From Escherichia coli (GTDB lineage Bacteria > Pseudomonadota > Gammaproteobacteria > Enterobacterales > Enterobacteriaceae): DNA of 64,000 nt. The stretch lies in NCBI RefSeq assembly GCF_002854065.1, contig NZ_CP024147.1; one strand, written 5' to 3'. The notes below the pieces were generated by a model. It saw only the letters and a program-made list of their open reading frames with translations. It had not been told where the DNA came from and did no database searches. Of the stretch, positions 34,206 to 45,629 are shown piece by piece. The first letter of the stretch is position 1; each line of letters starts with the position of its first letter. Made by a program: the position numbers and the translations under genes.

Positions 34206-35363
34206 TTAATTATTCTCCATTTGTTTTGCAACATCCATAATGTGGTAAAGCGGTACTCTGTTCTTAGCTAACTCCACCATGGCGTTCATATAAGGTACCA
34301 TGGTTGAAAAAAGGATTTTATAACCTTCGCAAAAATAAGAAACAGTCTCATTGTTTACTTTAGTAATACGATGCTTAGGACAACCGCCATTGCAGATAGG
34401 TTTATATACACATTTCAGACATTTCGCTGAAATCCGTTTTTTTTGCGCTGTCAGTTGTACACTGTTCGTCGTTTTGAGTTCAGATTTATTAATGTTTCCA
34501 ATTTTGTACTGTGGATAGACAAAATGGTCGCATTCGTAAATGTCTCCATTACTTTCAACAACCAGATTATCCTTGCAGGACTCCTGGAAAATACAACTGG
34601 TATGCCCATTCCCCAAAAAACGGCTGACAAAGCTTTCAAACTGACGGATGAAAATTTCACCCACATCGTTTTTAACCCATTGCATAAAAATGGTTGACAT
34701 AAACTTGCCATAAGCCGTGGGAGGCACAGAAAAATCAATGATGCGGAATGTGTTCTCACTATGACCACTGAAATCAATATTCGGCGTCCCGGTTTCGAGC
34801 AATTCGATAAATTGCATATGTTTACTGCCGATAGATTTTAAAAAATGATAAACCTCAAGAGGGTAATGGACATTAACGTTATTAATGACGGTTAACGTAT
34901 TAAACTCTACTTGATATGATTTCAGACGCTCGATGGCTGCTATCACTTTTGCAAAAGTACCGTTACCTGAATTACTGCGTCTGTAACGGTCATGTAGCTC
35001 CTGGGGTCCATCGATCGAGATACCAACCAGAAACTCATGTTCTTTGAGAAAGGCACACCATTCATTATTCAATAAAATGCCATTCGTTTGTAATGCATTA
35101 AAAATACGTTTTTGGCCTGCATAGCGTTGTTGATAGTGAATAACTTTACGGAAAAAATCCAGGCCAGCCAGAGTGGGTTCACCGCCTTGCCAGGTAAAAT
35201 AGACCTGATTGCCAGACGCTGCGATATATTGTTTGATGAACTCTTTCAGAGTGCTGTCATCCATCCATTTTTCATGAGTAAACTGCGACTCTTTTTCAAG
35301 GTAAAAACAGTAATCACATTTGAGATTACATTGAAAACTGTAGGGCTTGGCTGTAACGTGCAT
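34206..35363 (-). CDS. ydeM: Radical-SAM anaerobic sulfatase-maturating enzyme homolog
   Basis: CxxxCxxC motif (CNLKCDYC) near the N-terminus plus C-terminal Cys clusters; start taken at MHVTAKP (385 aa). Confidence 0.8.
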   Translation of the reverse strand: MHVTAKPYSFQCNLKCDYCFYLEKESQFTHEKWMDDSTLKEFIKQYIAASGNQVYFTWQGGEPTLAGLDFFRKVIHYQQRYAGQKRIFNALQTNGILLNNEWCAFLKEHEFLVGISIDGPQELHDRYRRSNSGNGTFAKVIAAIERLKSYQVEFNTLTVINNVNVHYPLEVYHFLKSIGSKHMQFIELLETGTPNIDFSGHSENTFRIIDFSVPPTAYGKFMSTIFMQWVKNDVGEIFIRQFESFVSRFLGNGHTSCIFQESCKDNLVVESNGDIYECDHFVYPQYKIGNINKSELKTTNSVQLTAQKKRISAKCLKCVYKPICNGGCPKHRITKVNNETVSYFCEGYKILFSTMVPYMNAMVELAKNRVPLYHIMDVAKQMENN

Positions 35364-35414
35364 CGCTATCTCGCTCAATAAGGCGGCGGAAAAATCCGCC
35401 GCATGAAGGTTTAG

Positions 35415-37097
35415 TTATTTCGCTTCGCTTAGTGCTTTCTTGATATTGTTAAACTTCTCCTGATTTACCTCGCTAAGCGGTGGCTGGCTGCTGTCGATAA
35501 ACTCTCTTACCACGCCTTGCATCTCTTTAACGACCTGCGGATTGGCGGCGGCAAGGTTATCTTTTTGCTGTAGATCCGTCAGTTTGTAGAGACCTAACTG
35601 ATTGTTTTCTACTGTATAGACAAGCGAATAATCGTTATTTCTCACCGTATAAGAGAATTGGCTTAAGTCCTCAGTGTTGGGGTTATGCGGGTAATCGTCT
35701 GACTGATGACGGACAAATTTGTGGTAATTATCCCAGAATGGAATATTTTCCTCATCAAACCAGTGAGAATAAGAGGTTATCCAGGTCAGATTTTTATGTG
35801 GCTCGCCTTGTTTCTTATCTTGCAACCAGGGCAGCAAGGAAACGCCATCCAGCTTAAGGTCTTTTGGAATGCTGATATCGGCTGCATCAAGAGCTGTCGG
35901 GTAGAAATCCATTGCGGAAATCAGCTTGTCATAATTACCGGGTTGAAGTTTTCCTTTCCACCACATAAACATTGGGGTGTGAGTACCGCCAGGATAGGTC
36001 TGACTCTTATAGCCTTTTTGCGCCCCGTTCAGCGGCAGAGGGCCATCGATAACCGCACCATTATCGGAGGTAAAGAGAATAATTGTATTGTCATACTGTC
36101 CGTTTTTCTTCAGTTGTTCGAGAATGCGTTTTACACCCTGATCAACAGAATAAACGGAAGCGTAGTAGTTATCTGCTGTTTGACTACCGGTATTAAATTG
36201 CTTCTGATATTGCTCCGGTGCAGGATTATCATTTGGCAGGTGCGGAGCATTATAAGCCAGGTAAAGCATAAAAGGCTGGTCAAGTGTTTTGGCACGATCA
36301 ACAACGCCAATTGCCTCATCGGTTAACTGATCGCTGATATAACCTTTTGCGGGGACACGTTCACGATTTTTGAACAGTGAAGGGGAGTTGTAATATGCCG
36401 TTCCTGCAGCGTGGAATCCCATAAAGTAATCAAAGCCACGGTTTTGCGGTTGCCATTCTTCCGCAGAAAATGTGGTGAAGTTGTCATGATAGTCACGTGT
36501 TTGTTTATCTTCCGGTACCGGCACATTACTGATTTTTGACAAGTGCCATTTACCTACTGCTGCAGTGTAATAACCATGATTCTGGAATAATTCAGGCAAG
36601 AAAGTTTCTGTGAGCGGAATACCATCCTGAGCATCGGTATTGGAATAGACACCAAAGCGGGCGGGAGCTCGACCGGTCATTATTGCGGCGCGGGAGGGGC
36701 CGGAAACACCGTGTGCCACATAGCCGTTAGTAAAACGTACGCCTTCATCCATTAATGAAAGGAGCGTCGGCGTTGATTTTTGTGCAGCTTCAATGGCTTT
36801 ATCTATCCCTATTTTGTAGGTATCGACAACTTCACGATTTTCCATTGTTTTTGGGTCAAAAGATCCCTTATCAAAAGGAAGTTGTCCATAACCAAGATCA
36901 TCCATGGTCAGTACGATAATATTTGGCTTTCCTTTGGTACTGTATTCAGTCGGCGTAAAGTCTGAGAAAGCAACGTTTGTTTTGGTTGCTTTCAGCTTTA
37001 CATCATCTGCCGCATGAGCAGCAAATGCAGCCATACCAGATGCCAGTATCAAAGATATCGAGGTACTTACGACACTTTTCTTTAATGCAGACTTCAT
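35415..37097 (-). CDS. ydeN: Sulfatase (alkaline phosphatase superfamily), secreted
   Basis: Start taken at MKSALKKSVV (560 aa); signal peptide; sulfatase motifs (LTMDDLGYGQ, GKWHL). Confidence 0.8.
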   Translation of the reverse strand: MKSALKKSVVSTSISLILASGMAAFAAHAADDVKLKATKTNVAFSDFTPTEYSTKGKPNIIVLTMDDLGYGQLPFDKGSFDPKTMENREVVDTYKIGIDKAIEAAQKSTPTLLSLMDEGVRFTNGYVAHGVSGPSRAAIMTGRAPARFGVYSNTDAQDGIPLTETFLPELFQNHGYYTAAVGKWHLSKISNVPVPEDKQTRDYHDNFTTFSAEEWQPQNRGFDYFMGFHAAGTAYYNSPSLFKNRERVPAKGYISDQLTDEAIGVVDRAKTLDQPFMLYLAYNAPHLPNDNPAPEQYQKQFNTGSQTADNYYASVYSVDQGVKRILEQLKKNGQYDNTIILFTSDNGAVIDGPLPLNGAQKGYKSQTYPGGTHTPMFMWWKGKLQPGNYDKLISAMDFYPTALDAADISIPKDLKLDGVSLLPWLQDKKQGEPHKNLTWITSYSHWFDEENIPFWDNYHKFVRHQSDDYPHNPNTEDLSQFSYTVRNNDYSLVYTVENNQLGLYKLTDLQQKDNLAAANPQVVKEMQGVVREFIDSSQPPLSEVNQEKFNNIKKALSEAK

Positions 37098-37544
37098 AAA
37101 TGTTCCTCTTCTTATTGTACTTAATTCCAAAGTAATTTTACGAAGAGAAATAAGTGGATGTAAGTGAAGTTAGTCACATAAAGAGATAGCAGATTTAGCT
37201 AAAAAAAGGGAAATAACAGTCCATAAAGCGTTGACATTACTTTCTGTTCTACTAAGTAATTTCTCGCCGATAAACAACTAATCTATTGATATTTAATAAA
37301 TTATTGTATTTTACTGACAAAATGCCGAATTGAGATCATAAATAATCATGCAATAGGTTATGCAAATGCATAAATATGTGATGAATGTCACTTATTTATT
37401 TCAATAAATATATCGCCTAAAAACAACGCGGGGCAAGGAATGGCTGCCCCATTTAATTCTTACGTAGCGTGTGTGGTTGACTACCCGTTAGCAAATAATC
37501 AAATAGCTAAAGCACTCATCGTGTTGTCCGGTAATGACTCCAAC

Positions 37545-38048
37545 TTATTGATAGTGTTTTATGTTCAGATAATGCCCGATGACTTTGTCATGCAGCTCCA
37601 CCGATTTTGAGAACGACAGCGACTTCCGTCCCAGCCGTGCCAGGTGCTGCCTCAGATTCAGGTTATGCCGCTCAATTCGCTGCGTATATCGCTTGCTGAT
37701 TACGTGCAGCTTTCCCTTCAGGCGGGATTCATACAGCGGCCAGCCATCCGTCATCCATATCACCACGTCAAAGGGTGACAGCAGGCTCATAAGACGCCCC
37801 AGCGTCGCCATAGTGCGTTCACCGAATACGTGCGCAACAACCGTCTTCCGGAGCCTGTCATACGCGTAAAACAGCCAGCGCTGGCGCGATTTAGCCCCGA
37901 CGTATCCCCACTGTTCGTCCATTTCCGCGCAGACGATGACGTCACTGCCCGGCTGTATGCGCGAGGTTACCGACTGCGGCCTGAGTTTTTTAAATGGCGG
38001 AAAATCGTGTTGAGGCCAACGCCCATAATGCGGGCGGTTGCCCGGCAT
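37545..38048 (-). CDS. insB: IS1 InsB (transposase C-terminal part)
   Basis: 167-aa [19 protein letters not shown]... typical of IS1 InsB. A6C-type frameshift heptamer (minus strand AAAAAAC, plus 37985..37991) sits at the insA/insB junction. Confidence 0.9.
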   Translation of the reverse strand: MPGNRPHYGRWPQHDFPPFKKLRPQSVTSRIQPGSDVIVCAEMDEQWGYVGAKSRQRWLFYAYDRLRKTVVAHVFGERTMATLGRLMSLLSPFDVVIWMTDGWPLYESRLKGKLHVISKRYTQRIERHNLNLRQHLARLGRKSLSFSKSVELHDKVIGHYLNIKHYQ

Positions 38049-38242
38049 CCAACGCCATTCATGGCCATATCAATGATTTTCTGGTGCGTACCGGGTTGAG
38101 AAGCGGTGTAAGTGAACTGCAGTTGCCATGTTTTACGGCAGTGAGAGCAGAGATAGCGCTGATGTCCGGCAGTGCTTTTGCCGTTACGCACCACCCCGTC
38201 AGTAGCTGAACAGGAGGGACAGCTGATAGAAACAGAAGCCAC
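37967..38242 (-). CDS. insA: IS1 InsA (transposition repressor / transposase N-terminus)
   Basis: 91-aa [27 protein letters not shown]... with zinc-finger Cys pairs. Confidence 0.9.
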   Translation of the reverse strand: MASVSISCPSCSATDGVVRNGKSTAGHQRYLCSHCRKTWQLQFTYTASQPGTHQKIIDMAMNGVGCRATARIMGVGLNTIFRHLKNSGRSR

Positions 38243-38275
38243 TGGAGCACCTCAAAAACACCATCATACACTAAA

Positions 38276-39037
38276 TCAGTAAGTTGGCAGCATCACCGTG
38301 TTGTCCGTGTTCATACCGGTGTGCCTTTGACAACGGTACTCCTTAGAAACTCTCTTCGGACTGTTGCCGAAATGTTTGCGGAACGCATAAATAAAATAAG
38401 ATGTACTGGCATAACCACATTGTTCGGCAATTTTATTGACTGAACCTTCTACGCGTATCAAATTTTTTGCGTGCTGCATTCTGGCATCTAAAAGAATCTG
38501 TGAGAATGTCGTTTGCTCTTGCTTAAGTTTTTTCTTCAACAGGCTTTCACTGATGTACAGGCAGTCACAAATATCTTTCAGCTTCCATGGGTGCGCCAGC
38601 TTCATGTTGACAATATTTCTCACTTTCCCGGAAACGGATAGCACACCGTTAGTTAATAGTGTAATGAAACCTTTGCATGCGGCAAAAATAGACAGGCAAG
38701 AAAAAAGCAAAAGTTCTGAAAAATTATGATGATTGCGTTCTTCCGAGTTGAGATAAGCAATCATTTCATTAAGCAATCCAGTCGGTACATTAGAAGCACG
38801 TAAAAACTTCGCAGGAACAGGCACCGTCACTGTCTGGATGTTAGTGCATTGTAGATATTTTTTAATGGTATTTTCATTAAATCCGATTTCTTTAAAATGC
38901 CGCTCATAAGGTTCAAAATGCGTACGAACAGCGTTATCTACCATCAGGATCTCGCCGTCAGAGAAGGCGTAATCTTTATCTAAAATGTTAGCGTTGAAGG
39001 CATGATGAATAAATATAACAGAACAAACGAGCGACAT
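38276..39037 (-). CDS. ydeO: AraC-family acid-resistance regulator whose last 6 codons are replaced by IS1-encoded sequence
   Basis: 253-aa ORF. Reading frame crosses the right TSD into the IS1 end, ending …HTGMNTDNT-VMLPTY*. Skipping IS1 and one TSD copy, the uninterrupted frame would end …DNT-MSALAI*. Confidence 0.8.
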   Translation of the reverse strand: MSLVCSVIFIHHAFNANILDKDYAFSDGEILMVDNAVRTHFEPYERHFKEIGFNENTIKKYLQCTNIQTVTVPVPAKFLRASNVPTGLLNEMIAYLNSEERNHHNFSELLLFSCLSIFAACKGFITLLTNGVLSVSGKVRNIVNMKLAHPWKLKDICDCLYISESLLKKKLKQEQTTFSQILLDARMQHAKNLIRVEGSVNKIAEQCGYASTSYFIYAFRKHFGNSPKRVSKEYRCQRHTGMNTDNTVMLPTY

Positions 39038-39111
39038 TTTATCTCCTTAAAACAATAAAGTTTTTATCGATACTTTTTTAACATTTCATATTTATAATTT
39101 GCTGTTTATTT

Positions 39112-39309
39112 TCAGTCTTGCAAACTATTGATAATGAAATGTGTAAGATCTCTTGCAATGCGACCCATTTCTGAAATGCCCAGCTGATCAATTGCCGAAA
39201 AAATGGCTATCAACGTAAGGGTCAGTAATAAGACAACCACAATTACAAACATGATTTCTTTATAGTTGTCTCTTTGCGTGATTTTGTTTTTCACTGTGGT
39301 CGAATGCAT
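39112..39309 (-). CDS. safA: Small membrane protein, PhoQ-activating connector (65 aa)
   Basis: MHSTTVKNKITQRDNYKEIMFVIVVVLLLTLTLIAIFSAIDQ… with a single TM helix, upstream of ydeO. Confidence 0.8.
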   Translation of the reverse strand: MHSTTVKNKITQRDNYKEIMFVIVVVLLLTLTLIAIFSAIDQLGISEMGRIARDLTHFIINSLQD

Positions 39310-39420
39310 TTCAAATATGTTTATTTAGCGGATAACGTTAAAAATCGTTAATCAGTATGCTTAATATAACAGGCTGGAGAAAAGAGGAAATAGGACTGGT
39401 GCTTCAGTACTGAGCGGAGT

Positions 39421-39438
39421 TTCTTACAGCTGTAGGCA
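39421..39438 (-). promoter_or_regulatory. EvgA-type box upstream of safA-ydeO
   Basis: TTCTTACA-GC-TGTAGGCA resembles the EvgA inverted-repeat consensus TTCYTACA-N2-TGTARGAA, about 110 bp upstream of safA. Confidence 0.5.
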
Positions 39439-39556
39439 GAAGTTTATATCTTATAGTATGTAGTTTAATTTAATCCATGTGAGCAAATTGCGCGATAATA
39501 GTCAATGAGGAATTCTTCTGCTGTGCGGATGACAGCAGAAGAAATGAGAAGAGGCA

Positions 39557-41836
39557 TTAATTTGATGGTTCTAATTCAACCGGAATACTTTTATAGCCAG
39601 GAATGCCACTTAATGGATCGTGGTTATCAAGTGTTAGCATGTGATTCGATTCTGGAAAATAGGTCACCAGTGAGCGGTCAGCCATAGGGTAAATGACCAC
39701 TTTTAATCTATCCATGCGGCGTGAGCTGCGCTTACCGTCTGGCGTAAGCGCAATAAGATTAACTCTTTCGCCGTTTTTTACACGGCAAATTTTAGCTTGT
39801 TTAGCACTCATAAAGACCACATCTCGTTGACCGAATACCCCTCGATAACGATCATCCATACCATAAATCGTCGTGTTGTACTGATCGTGACTGCGTACTG
39901 TCGCCATGACCAGCTTACTGTTAAACGCTGAAGAGGGATCTTCTAACAGCCCTTTGCTGGTAATGAAATTAGCCTTACCTGACGGCGTCATCCAGCGCCT
40001 TTCAGCAGCTGCATTTATCAGGTGAAAACCTCCAGGATGTCGGATGCGCTGGTTATAATCGGCGAACTCTGGCAGCACAGCTTCAATGTCATTGCGAATG
40101 CGATCATAATCTTCCACCAGATACTCCCAGGCTACCACGCTCTGGGGTAGTGCTGCCTGCGCGATTCCCGCGACCACTGCACACTCTGATTTCAGCATTA
40201 CATCGGCGGGTTTTAACACGCCACGCGAGGCATGAATCATCGACATTGAATCCTCAACGGTTACCGCCTGCGCACCGCTTTTTTGCATGTCAATCTCGCT
40301 ACGTCCCAGAACCGGCAGAATATAGCTATGCCGTGCGGTCAGCAGATGAGAGCGGTTAAGCTTAGTGGCTACGTGTACCGCCAGATCTAATTGCGTTAAC
40401 GGTACAGCGCTCGCTTCCCGATCTGGCATTGCCAGTGCAAAGTTGCCCCCCATGCAGATCAATGCTCGAGCCTGCCCTGAACATATTGCTTGCATGCTGG
40501 CAATTGCAGCATGTCCAGGTGCTTGAGGTGGTGTGAAGCCATAGCGCTCACCCAGGCGAGCCAGAAACTCTGCAGACGGTTTCTCGGTGATACCGACGGT
40601 TCGGTCGCCCTGTACATTAGAGTGGCCACGTAGTGGGCAGATACCCGCACCAGGCTTGCCAATGTTACCTTTCATCAACAGCAGATTGACCAGTTGCTGT
40701 ACATTCTGGGTACCATGTTCGTGCTGAGTGATCCCCATTCCGTAACAGATAATGGTGCGTTCGGCAGCGGCATATGCATCAGCCAGTTCGGCGATTTGTG
40801 TCTGACTTAGTCCAGAAATACGTTCGATATCTTTCCACTCGGAATTGAGAACGTCACGGCGTAGCTCGTCAAAGCCGACGGTATGCGTTTGAATAAATTC
40901 GTCATCCAGCAATGAGGGCCGACCTGCGGCACTTGCAGCATCATCGCGCTCAATTAACAGGCGCATCATCCCCTTGAGCAACGCCATATCGCCACCAATG
41001 CGCACGTTGTAGTAGGCACTGGCCAACTGAGTCTCAGAGTTCGTCAGCATTTCAAACGGGTTTTGCGGTGCGGTAAATCGCTCCAGGCCACGTTCCTGTA
41101 GAGGATTGATGGCGATCATTTTCGCTCCCCGTTTCACTAAAGCGCGCAACGAAGTCAGCATGCGAGGGTGGTTTGTACCAGGGTTATGCCCAATGCAAAT
41201 GACTAAATCGCACTTCTCAAAGTCTTCCAGCAACACGGTCCCTTTACCTACACCGATACTCGCTGCCAAACCCACGCTTGTCGGTTCATGGCACATGTTG
41301 GAGCAGTCGGGAAAGTTATTGCTCCCGTATTCACGGGCAAAAAGCTGATAAAGAAAGGCAGCTTCATTGGAAGTGCGGCCCGAAGTATAGAATTCAACCT
41401 GATTGGGATCACTATAGCTTTGAAGGCGTGCGCCAATTTCATTGAAAGCTTGTTGCCAGCTTAATGGCTTGTAACAGTCGCTGACGGCATCATATTTCAA
41501 AGGCTGAGTGAGTCGCCCCGCAGCCTCAAGCTCGTGGTCTCCCCAGGTAAGTAATGATTGAACCGTATTCTCAGCAAAGAAAGAGGCGTTTACCTGCTTA
41601 TCCGTGACTTCCCAGGCGATTGCTTTTGCGCCGTTTTCACAAATGTCGAATGACGCACTGTGCTTAGGATCTGGCCATGCACAACCCGGACAGTCAAAGC
41701 CCTCTGGCTTATTCATGTCAAACATGGCAATAACATCCTGGCGTATATCCATCTGCTTACGTACTGCATTCGCTACGGATTTAACAGCACCCCAACCACC
41801 GGCAGCACCCTGGTAGGATTCAATTTTTTTCTTCAT
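39557..41836 (-). CDS. ydeP: Molybdopterin oxidoreductase (FdhF-like, acid-resistance associated)
   Basis: 759-aa ORF with an N-terminal Cys cluster and molybdopterin-binding domains. Confidence 0.9.
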   Translation of the reverse strand: MKKKIESYQGAAGGWGAVKSVANAVRKQMDIRQDVIAMFDMNKPEGFDCPGCAWPDPKHSASFDICENGAKAIAWEVTDKQVNASFFAENTVQSLLTWGDHELEAAGRLTQPLKYDAVSDCYKPLSWQQAFNEIGARLQSYSDPNQVEFYTSGRTSNEAAFLYQLFAREYGSNNFPDCSNMCHEPTSVGLAASIGVGKGTVLLEDFEKCDLVICIGHNPGTNHPRMLTSLRALVKRGAKMIAINPLQERGLERFTAPQNPFEMLTNSETQLASAYYNVRIGGDMALLKGMMRLLIERDDAASAAGRPSLLDDEFIQTHTVGFDELRRDVLNSEWKDIERISGLSQTQIAELADAYAAAERTIICYGMGITQHEHGTQNVQQLVNLLLMKGNIGKPGAGICPLRGHSNVQGDRTVGITEKPSAEFLARLGERYGFTPPQAPGHAAIASMQAICSGQARALICMGGNFALAMPDREASAVPLTQLDLAVHVATKLNRSHLLTARHSYILPVLGRSEIDMQKSGAQAVTVEDSMSMIHASRGVLKPADVMLKSECAVVAGIAQAALPQSVVAWEYLVEDYDRIRNDIEAVLPEFADYNQRIRHPGGFHLINAAAERRWMTPSGKANFITSKGLLEDPSSAFNSKLVMATVRSHDQYNTTIYGMDDRYRGVFGQRDVVFMSAKQAKICRVKNGERVNLIALTPDGKRSSRRMDRLKVVIYPMADRSLVTYFPESNHMLTLDNHDPLSGIPGYKSIPVELEPSN

Positions 41837-42079
41837 CTACTTATCCTGTGTGGAAATGAATTATTAGGATTTGTAATAGCGATGATGCACAGTACATACA
41901 AAGGGATTATCGCCAACATGGATATATAAGAGTAGGGGACTACTCTCTTTCTATTTTTAATCTATTATCGTTAAACCATAGATTAAATACGATAAGGTAA
42001 GCATCATCTCTCATAGTGTTTAAATTAACATATTTTTCAATATAAAAAATAAGACTCTGGCTTCAATTGTGCGCGGATT

Positions 42080-42097
42080 TTCTTACAGGTGTAGGAT
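42080..42097 (-). promoter_or_regulatory. EvgA-type box upstream of ydeP
   Basis: TTCTTACA-GG-TGTAGGAT, about 245 bp upstream of the ydeP ATG; same half-site pattern as the safA site. Confidence 0.5.
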
Positions 42098-42169
42098 AAT
42101 AGCTTTCACAAAATAATTATCCGCGCAATTTTCGTGAATGGAGCGCATAGACTAAGGTCAAAATCACAA

Positions 42170-43084
42170 TTATTCATAGATAAAAGTGACACCAATGACT
42201 GACTGGACGGTTCCGGCTGAAACTTTGTTCCCTGTTTGTCCATAGGTTGCGCTTAAACCCAGAGGTACTTTGCTTTTATTTACTGTCCCCAGGGAGACAT
42301 TTTCTCCCGTAGCCAGTATTTTTCCATTACGCATCAGAGAGACACCCACTCCCGATGCTTTTGTTGCATCTGGTGCTGTGTTAGCAAACACTTGTTTAGC
42401 ACTGTCAGTGGTAGCACCCGAAAGATAAAATGAGAGCTTTTGTTCACTTGAGCAATATACGCCAAGGGGGATTTCTGCGCTTCCAGGAAAGTCCGGGAGA
42501 TTCACGGTGACATTACGACTATCAACAGTGCAGCCGCCTGTTGGCATAACAACACTGTTATTTGAAATAATATTCCACGTAAAATTACGCGGATTTCCGC
42601 TTCCTAACGTGGCAATTTTATACATATGAATACGGGCAATAACTTCCCCGGCTTTTATGACAACTCCACCGGCCGCCCCGACTGGGGTAATATAGAGTTT
42701 TAACGGTAATGGCATCGGTGTCTTATCACCAATATCCAATACGTTGGTATTTGTCGTCAACGGGAAGGGGTAGGTCACATTATTCCAGTACAGCGATCCT
42801 TTATATGACTGTAGAGAGCCTGCGAAAGCTGAGCCTTGTACCAGGTTTATATGATCAGTGTCGTACCAGCCGCCGTAATCATTCCAGCAACTTATATGCT
42901 GAGACAAGTCTACAACCAGATTCTGGCCCGGCTGTATTACAGGGTCGAGATTAACATAAACAGAGGTTGTACCAGCTCCAATACTTGACCCGCCATCGAC
43001 ATTACAACTGAAGGCAAAAACTTTGCCTGCCATTAATAGAAGATAAATACCGAACAGGACCTTTATACTGATTGTTTTACCCAT
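42170..43084 (-). CDS. ydeQ: FimH-like fimbrial tip adhesin
   Basis: 304-aa ORF with signal peptide, aligning along its length with FimH as I recall it (…[14 protein letters not shown]…, C-terminal …GVTFIYE). Confidence 0.75.
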   Translation of the reverse strand: MGKTISIKVLFGIYLLLMAGKVFAFSCNVDGGSSIGAGTTSVYVNLDPVIQPGQNLVVDLSQHISCWNDYGGWYDTDHINLVQGSAFAGSLQSYKGSLYWNNVTYPFPLTTNTNVLDIGDKTPMPLPLKLYITPVGAAGGVVIKAGEVIARIHMYKIATLGSGNPRNFTWNIISNNSVVMPTGGCTVDSRNVTVNLPDFPGSAEIPLGVYCSSEQKLSFYLSGATTDSAKQVFANTAPDATKASGVGVSLMRNGKILATGENVSLGTVNKSKVPLGLSATYGQTGNKVSAGTVQSVIGVTFIYE

Positions 43085-43143
43085 GATATATCCTAAGGTT
43101 AAAAAATTGATTTAAAAAGAAGGCTAAGAAAATCGAATCGATG

Positions 43144-43647
43144 TTATTGCCAGGTGTAGATCACATTGATTAGCGCCTCGATCGTTCCCTGGCTTGCGTT
43201 TCCATTCACCGTGATAGCTCTTGCCTTAAGTGGAAACTGTGCATTACGAGTGATCTCATCAACAATAACCGTTTTGCTATCGCCATTTTTTAACGTCGCA
43301 TCCTGGTCATCCCTCAGCTCTATCTGAATATTTTCGGCAGTACCTTCATTTGTGTAATAACCCGTATTGTCAGTTGAACCTGTCACGATTGCCGTCACTG
43401 CACTTGTTTCAGCCGGACAATCGGTTAATGACAAAGTAATATTGTGCCAGCCAGATGCAGAACCAGGTTGTTGCAGATTGCGCGTATAAAGATCCCCGAG
43501 ATTAACGTTAGCTTCTTTGGTTTGAATAGTGCAGGGTTTAGCGACTACCCGACCATTAACAGTGATAGTGACATCGGCGACCTGGAGAGTTGCTGTGAAT
43601 AACGCGCAAAACGTAGCTAACAGGAACCTCTTGTGAAGTCTTTTCAT
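43144..43647 (-). CDS. ydeR: FimG-like minor fimbrial subunit
   Basis: 167-aa ORF with signal peptide and pilin C-terminus (…NVIYTWQ). Confidence 0.75.
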   Translation of the reverse strand: MKRLHKRFLLATFCALFTATLQVADVTITVNGRVVAKPCTIQTKEANVNLGDLYTRNLQQPGSASGWHNITLSLTDCPAETSAVTAIVTGSTDNTGYYTNEGTAENIQIELRDDQDATLKNGDSKTVIVDEITRNAQFPLKARAITVNGNASQGTIEALINVIYTWQ

Positions 43648-43782
43648 ATCTGACTCTGATTATTGAAATTCAAGGGTAAAGGTTGCCGAAGCCCTCACCA
43701 GTCCCGGATTGACGGACTTCTGAGTTGACTTCAGACGAGCGGAGTAAGGCAAAATATTGTTCTGTTCTGGTACCAGTGGGAT

Positions 43783-44874
43783 CTATAATGTCTGAATACT
43801 GCCGTCTGCCTCTTTTATGGTTACTTGCAGATCACCACCATTGGCCGCAGAGTTGATATCATCAATAGTAAAAGGGCCGGGTGGAACAGTAGTCTGATAA
43901 ACATCGTATCCGTTCTGTTTTACACTCACTTGTGCGGTGCCACGGGCAATACCATGAATCACCGGAGCGAAACCATGTTGGCTATCGGGCAACATCGCTT
44001 CTGTTGAATTTATTTTGAGGCCACGAAAGTTCACACTATCAAAAATATCGCCATCGGTATAACTATCACCTACCGTTAACCGTGAGCGTAAGGGAATAAT
44101 GTCACGTTCAGCCGACGTATTGATATGCTGCCATTTATTGCTGTCAGATGAATTGCTACTCCCACTGTTATAACTCCACGTTGAGTTATCGCGTAGTCGC
44201 CAACTACCAATGTTGATGCCACTCTGTAAATTCAAATATGCATAGTTTGATTTTCCTGCATTATGGTTACTACGATTATTAATAGAATTACCATTAAAAC
44301 TATAGTTTAGAAGCCCTGCATTTATTCCTTCTTCCCACAGATCAGGAGAAACATAGCCGCGAGCCATTCTGCCAACATAAATTTGCGGAACGGAGAGTGA
44401 CAGATGTTGCTGACCAACATCAAACTCAGTTGATGCGTCGACCAAACGATCCTGAAGTGGTGTGCATGCGCTGTTGTCCGGCACATGTTTTTCTGCTGAA
44501 TGTTCCTTATTGTCTAATAACGCAGATTTTTTTATGCCAAGACTGACAAGAAGATCTGTACTCAGGCATGGGATGAGATCTGCATTATTATCATCTGCAA
44601 TAAAAGTAATATCCCGACTAGTCATAAATTCGTCGTTCAAATAAATGTCGATCCGATATGTACCAGGTGGTGCCTCGCGTCCCTTAGTAAAGGCGGATAA
44701 ATCGACAGATTCAGCAAGATCATTGCTTAAAAACCGTGGATTAAAATAATACTCTGCGTCAACGGGAAATACCGCAGTTGCTAAGCCAAGGGCAATGGTA
44801 AGCCGTACAAAGCGAGGCAGTAGTAACACCTGATGCAAACGATATGCCTTAAATGCGGCACGAAAGGCTGTCAT
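43783..44874 (-). pseudogene. ydeT: Fimbrial usher, N-terminal ~363-codon fragment only
   Basis: Matches my recollection of the FimD N-terminal and plug region (…YFNPRFL…GINAGLLNYSF…RLRDNSTWSYN…GDLQVTIKEADGS) and then stops. The ~135 bp before ydeR encode only a pilin-like C-terminal tail (…ASATFTLEFQ*) in the same frame. The gene symbol is tentative. Confidence 0.7.
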
Positions 44875-44915
44875 TATTAATTCCGATTGAGTTTATTATT
44901 AATTAGGTCACTGGC

Positions 44916-45629
44916 TTACTGCATGGTTGCCTTAATACGCGGAGTTAATGCGCCGTAATCATTGATCGTCTGAAAACTGATATCCCCGGTGGCAGCATGC
45001 GGGATATCCACCGATACTTCACCTTTTGGCGGCACCATGGTGTTTGGGAGATTGCTATTTCCTGCTTTCATATTTGTTACGGTAATGAAGTAGGGCGTTG
45101 GATTAATAAGAGTGAGTTTGCTACCGCTGCGACGAAACCGAAGCATTGCAGGCGCTTCTTCAGGTGCCATTGCCAGGTTCGTGGGGCGATAAAACATTTT
45201 TATGCGGCTAATAATTGCCAGCTGTAATGTATTCTCATTCTTCTGGTCTTTTTCCATAGCAGGAATAGCTTTAACATTCACCCAGAACAGGCTTTCACGG
45301 TCGCCTGGTAACTGATGATTAGTGGCGTTGATTATCCGCAGCGTATTCTCTTTTTTACCTTGCATGGAAAAAAGCGGTGGGGTAATGACAAACTGGGTGT
45401 CTTTTTGGTCACCTGCATTTTCTATCTGAAGTGTTGATGGAAAGAGGGCGTGCTCATTTGCACGCGGTTTACCAGCTTGAGTCTTCAACGCTGGGAAGAT
45501 GCGGCAAACGGCAAATCTGCATACCAGCCAGCCTATATCCGGCATGCACAGGCCAATTATGAAAGAGGAGAGGCTTAAGTTCTGGAACCCTGAACGAATA
45601 ACGACTACCGGAAAATCACTTCGTATCAC
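44916..45629 (-). pseudogene. PapD/FimC-like periplasmic chaperone remnant with degenerate N-terminus
   Basis: C-terminal two-thirds align well with my recollection of FimC (…FVITPPLFSMQGKKENTLRI…DRESLFWVNVKAIP…INDYGALTP). The N-terminal ~60 residues lack a recognizable signal peptide. No major-subunit gene upstream: only ~120 bp to hipA. Confidence 0.6.

Larger units (their letters stand above)
37530..38297 (-). mobile_element. IS1 insertion sequence, copy 1 (768 bp), flanked by 9-bp target-site duplication GTGTTGTCC
   Basis: Terminal inverted repeats ggtaatgactccaacttattgat (37530..) and atcagtaagttggcagcatcacc (..38297). Identical 9-mers at 37521..37529 and 38298..38306. Contains insA and insB. 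Confidence 0.95.

Noticed and set aside
34028-34240. 70-aa plus-strand ORF in the yddA/ydeM intergenic region
   Set aside because: Low-complexity translation that overlaps the ydeM 3' end; most likely chance, though a small protein cannot be formally excluded without conservation data.
35706-36326. 206-aa plus-strand ORF inside ydeN
   Set aside because: Antisense to the sulfatase gene; no conserved motifs.
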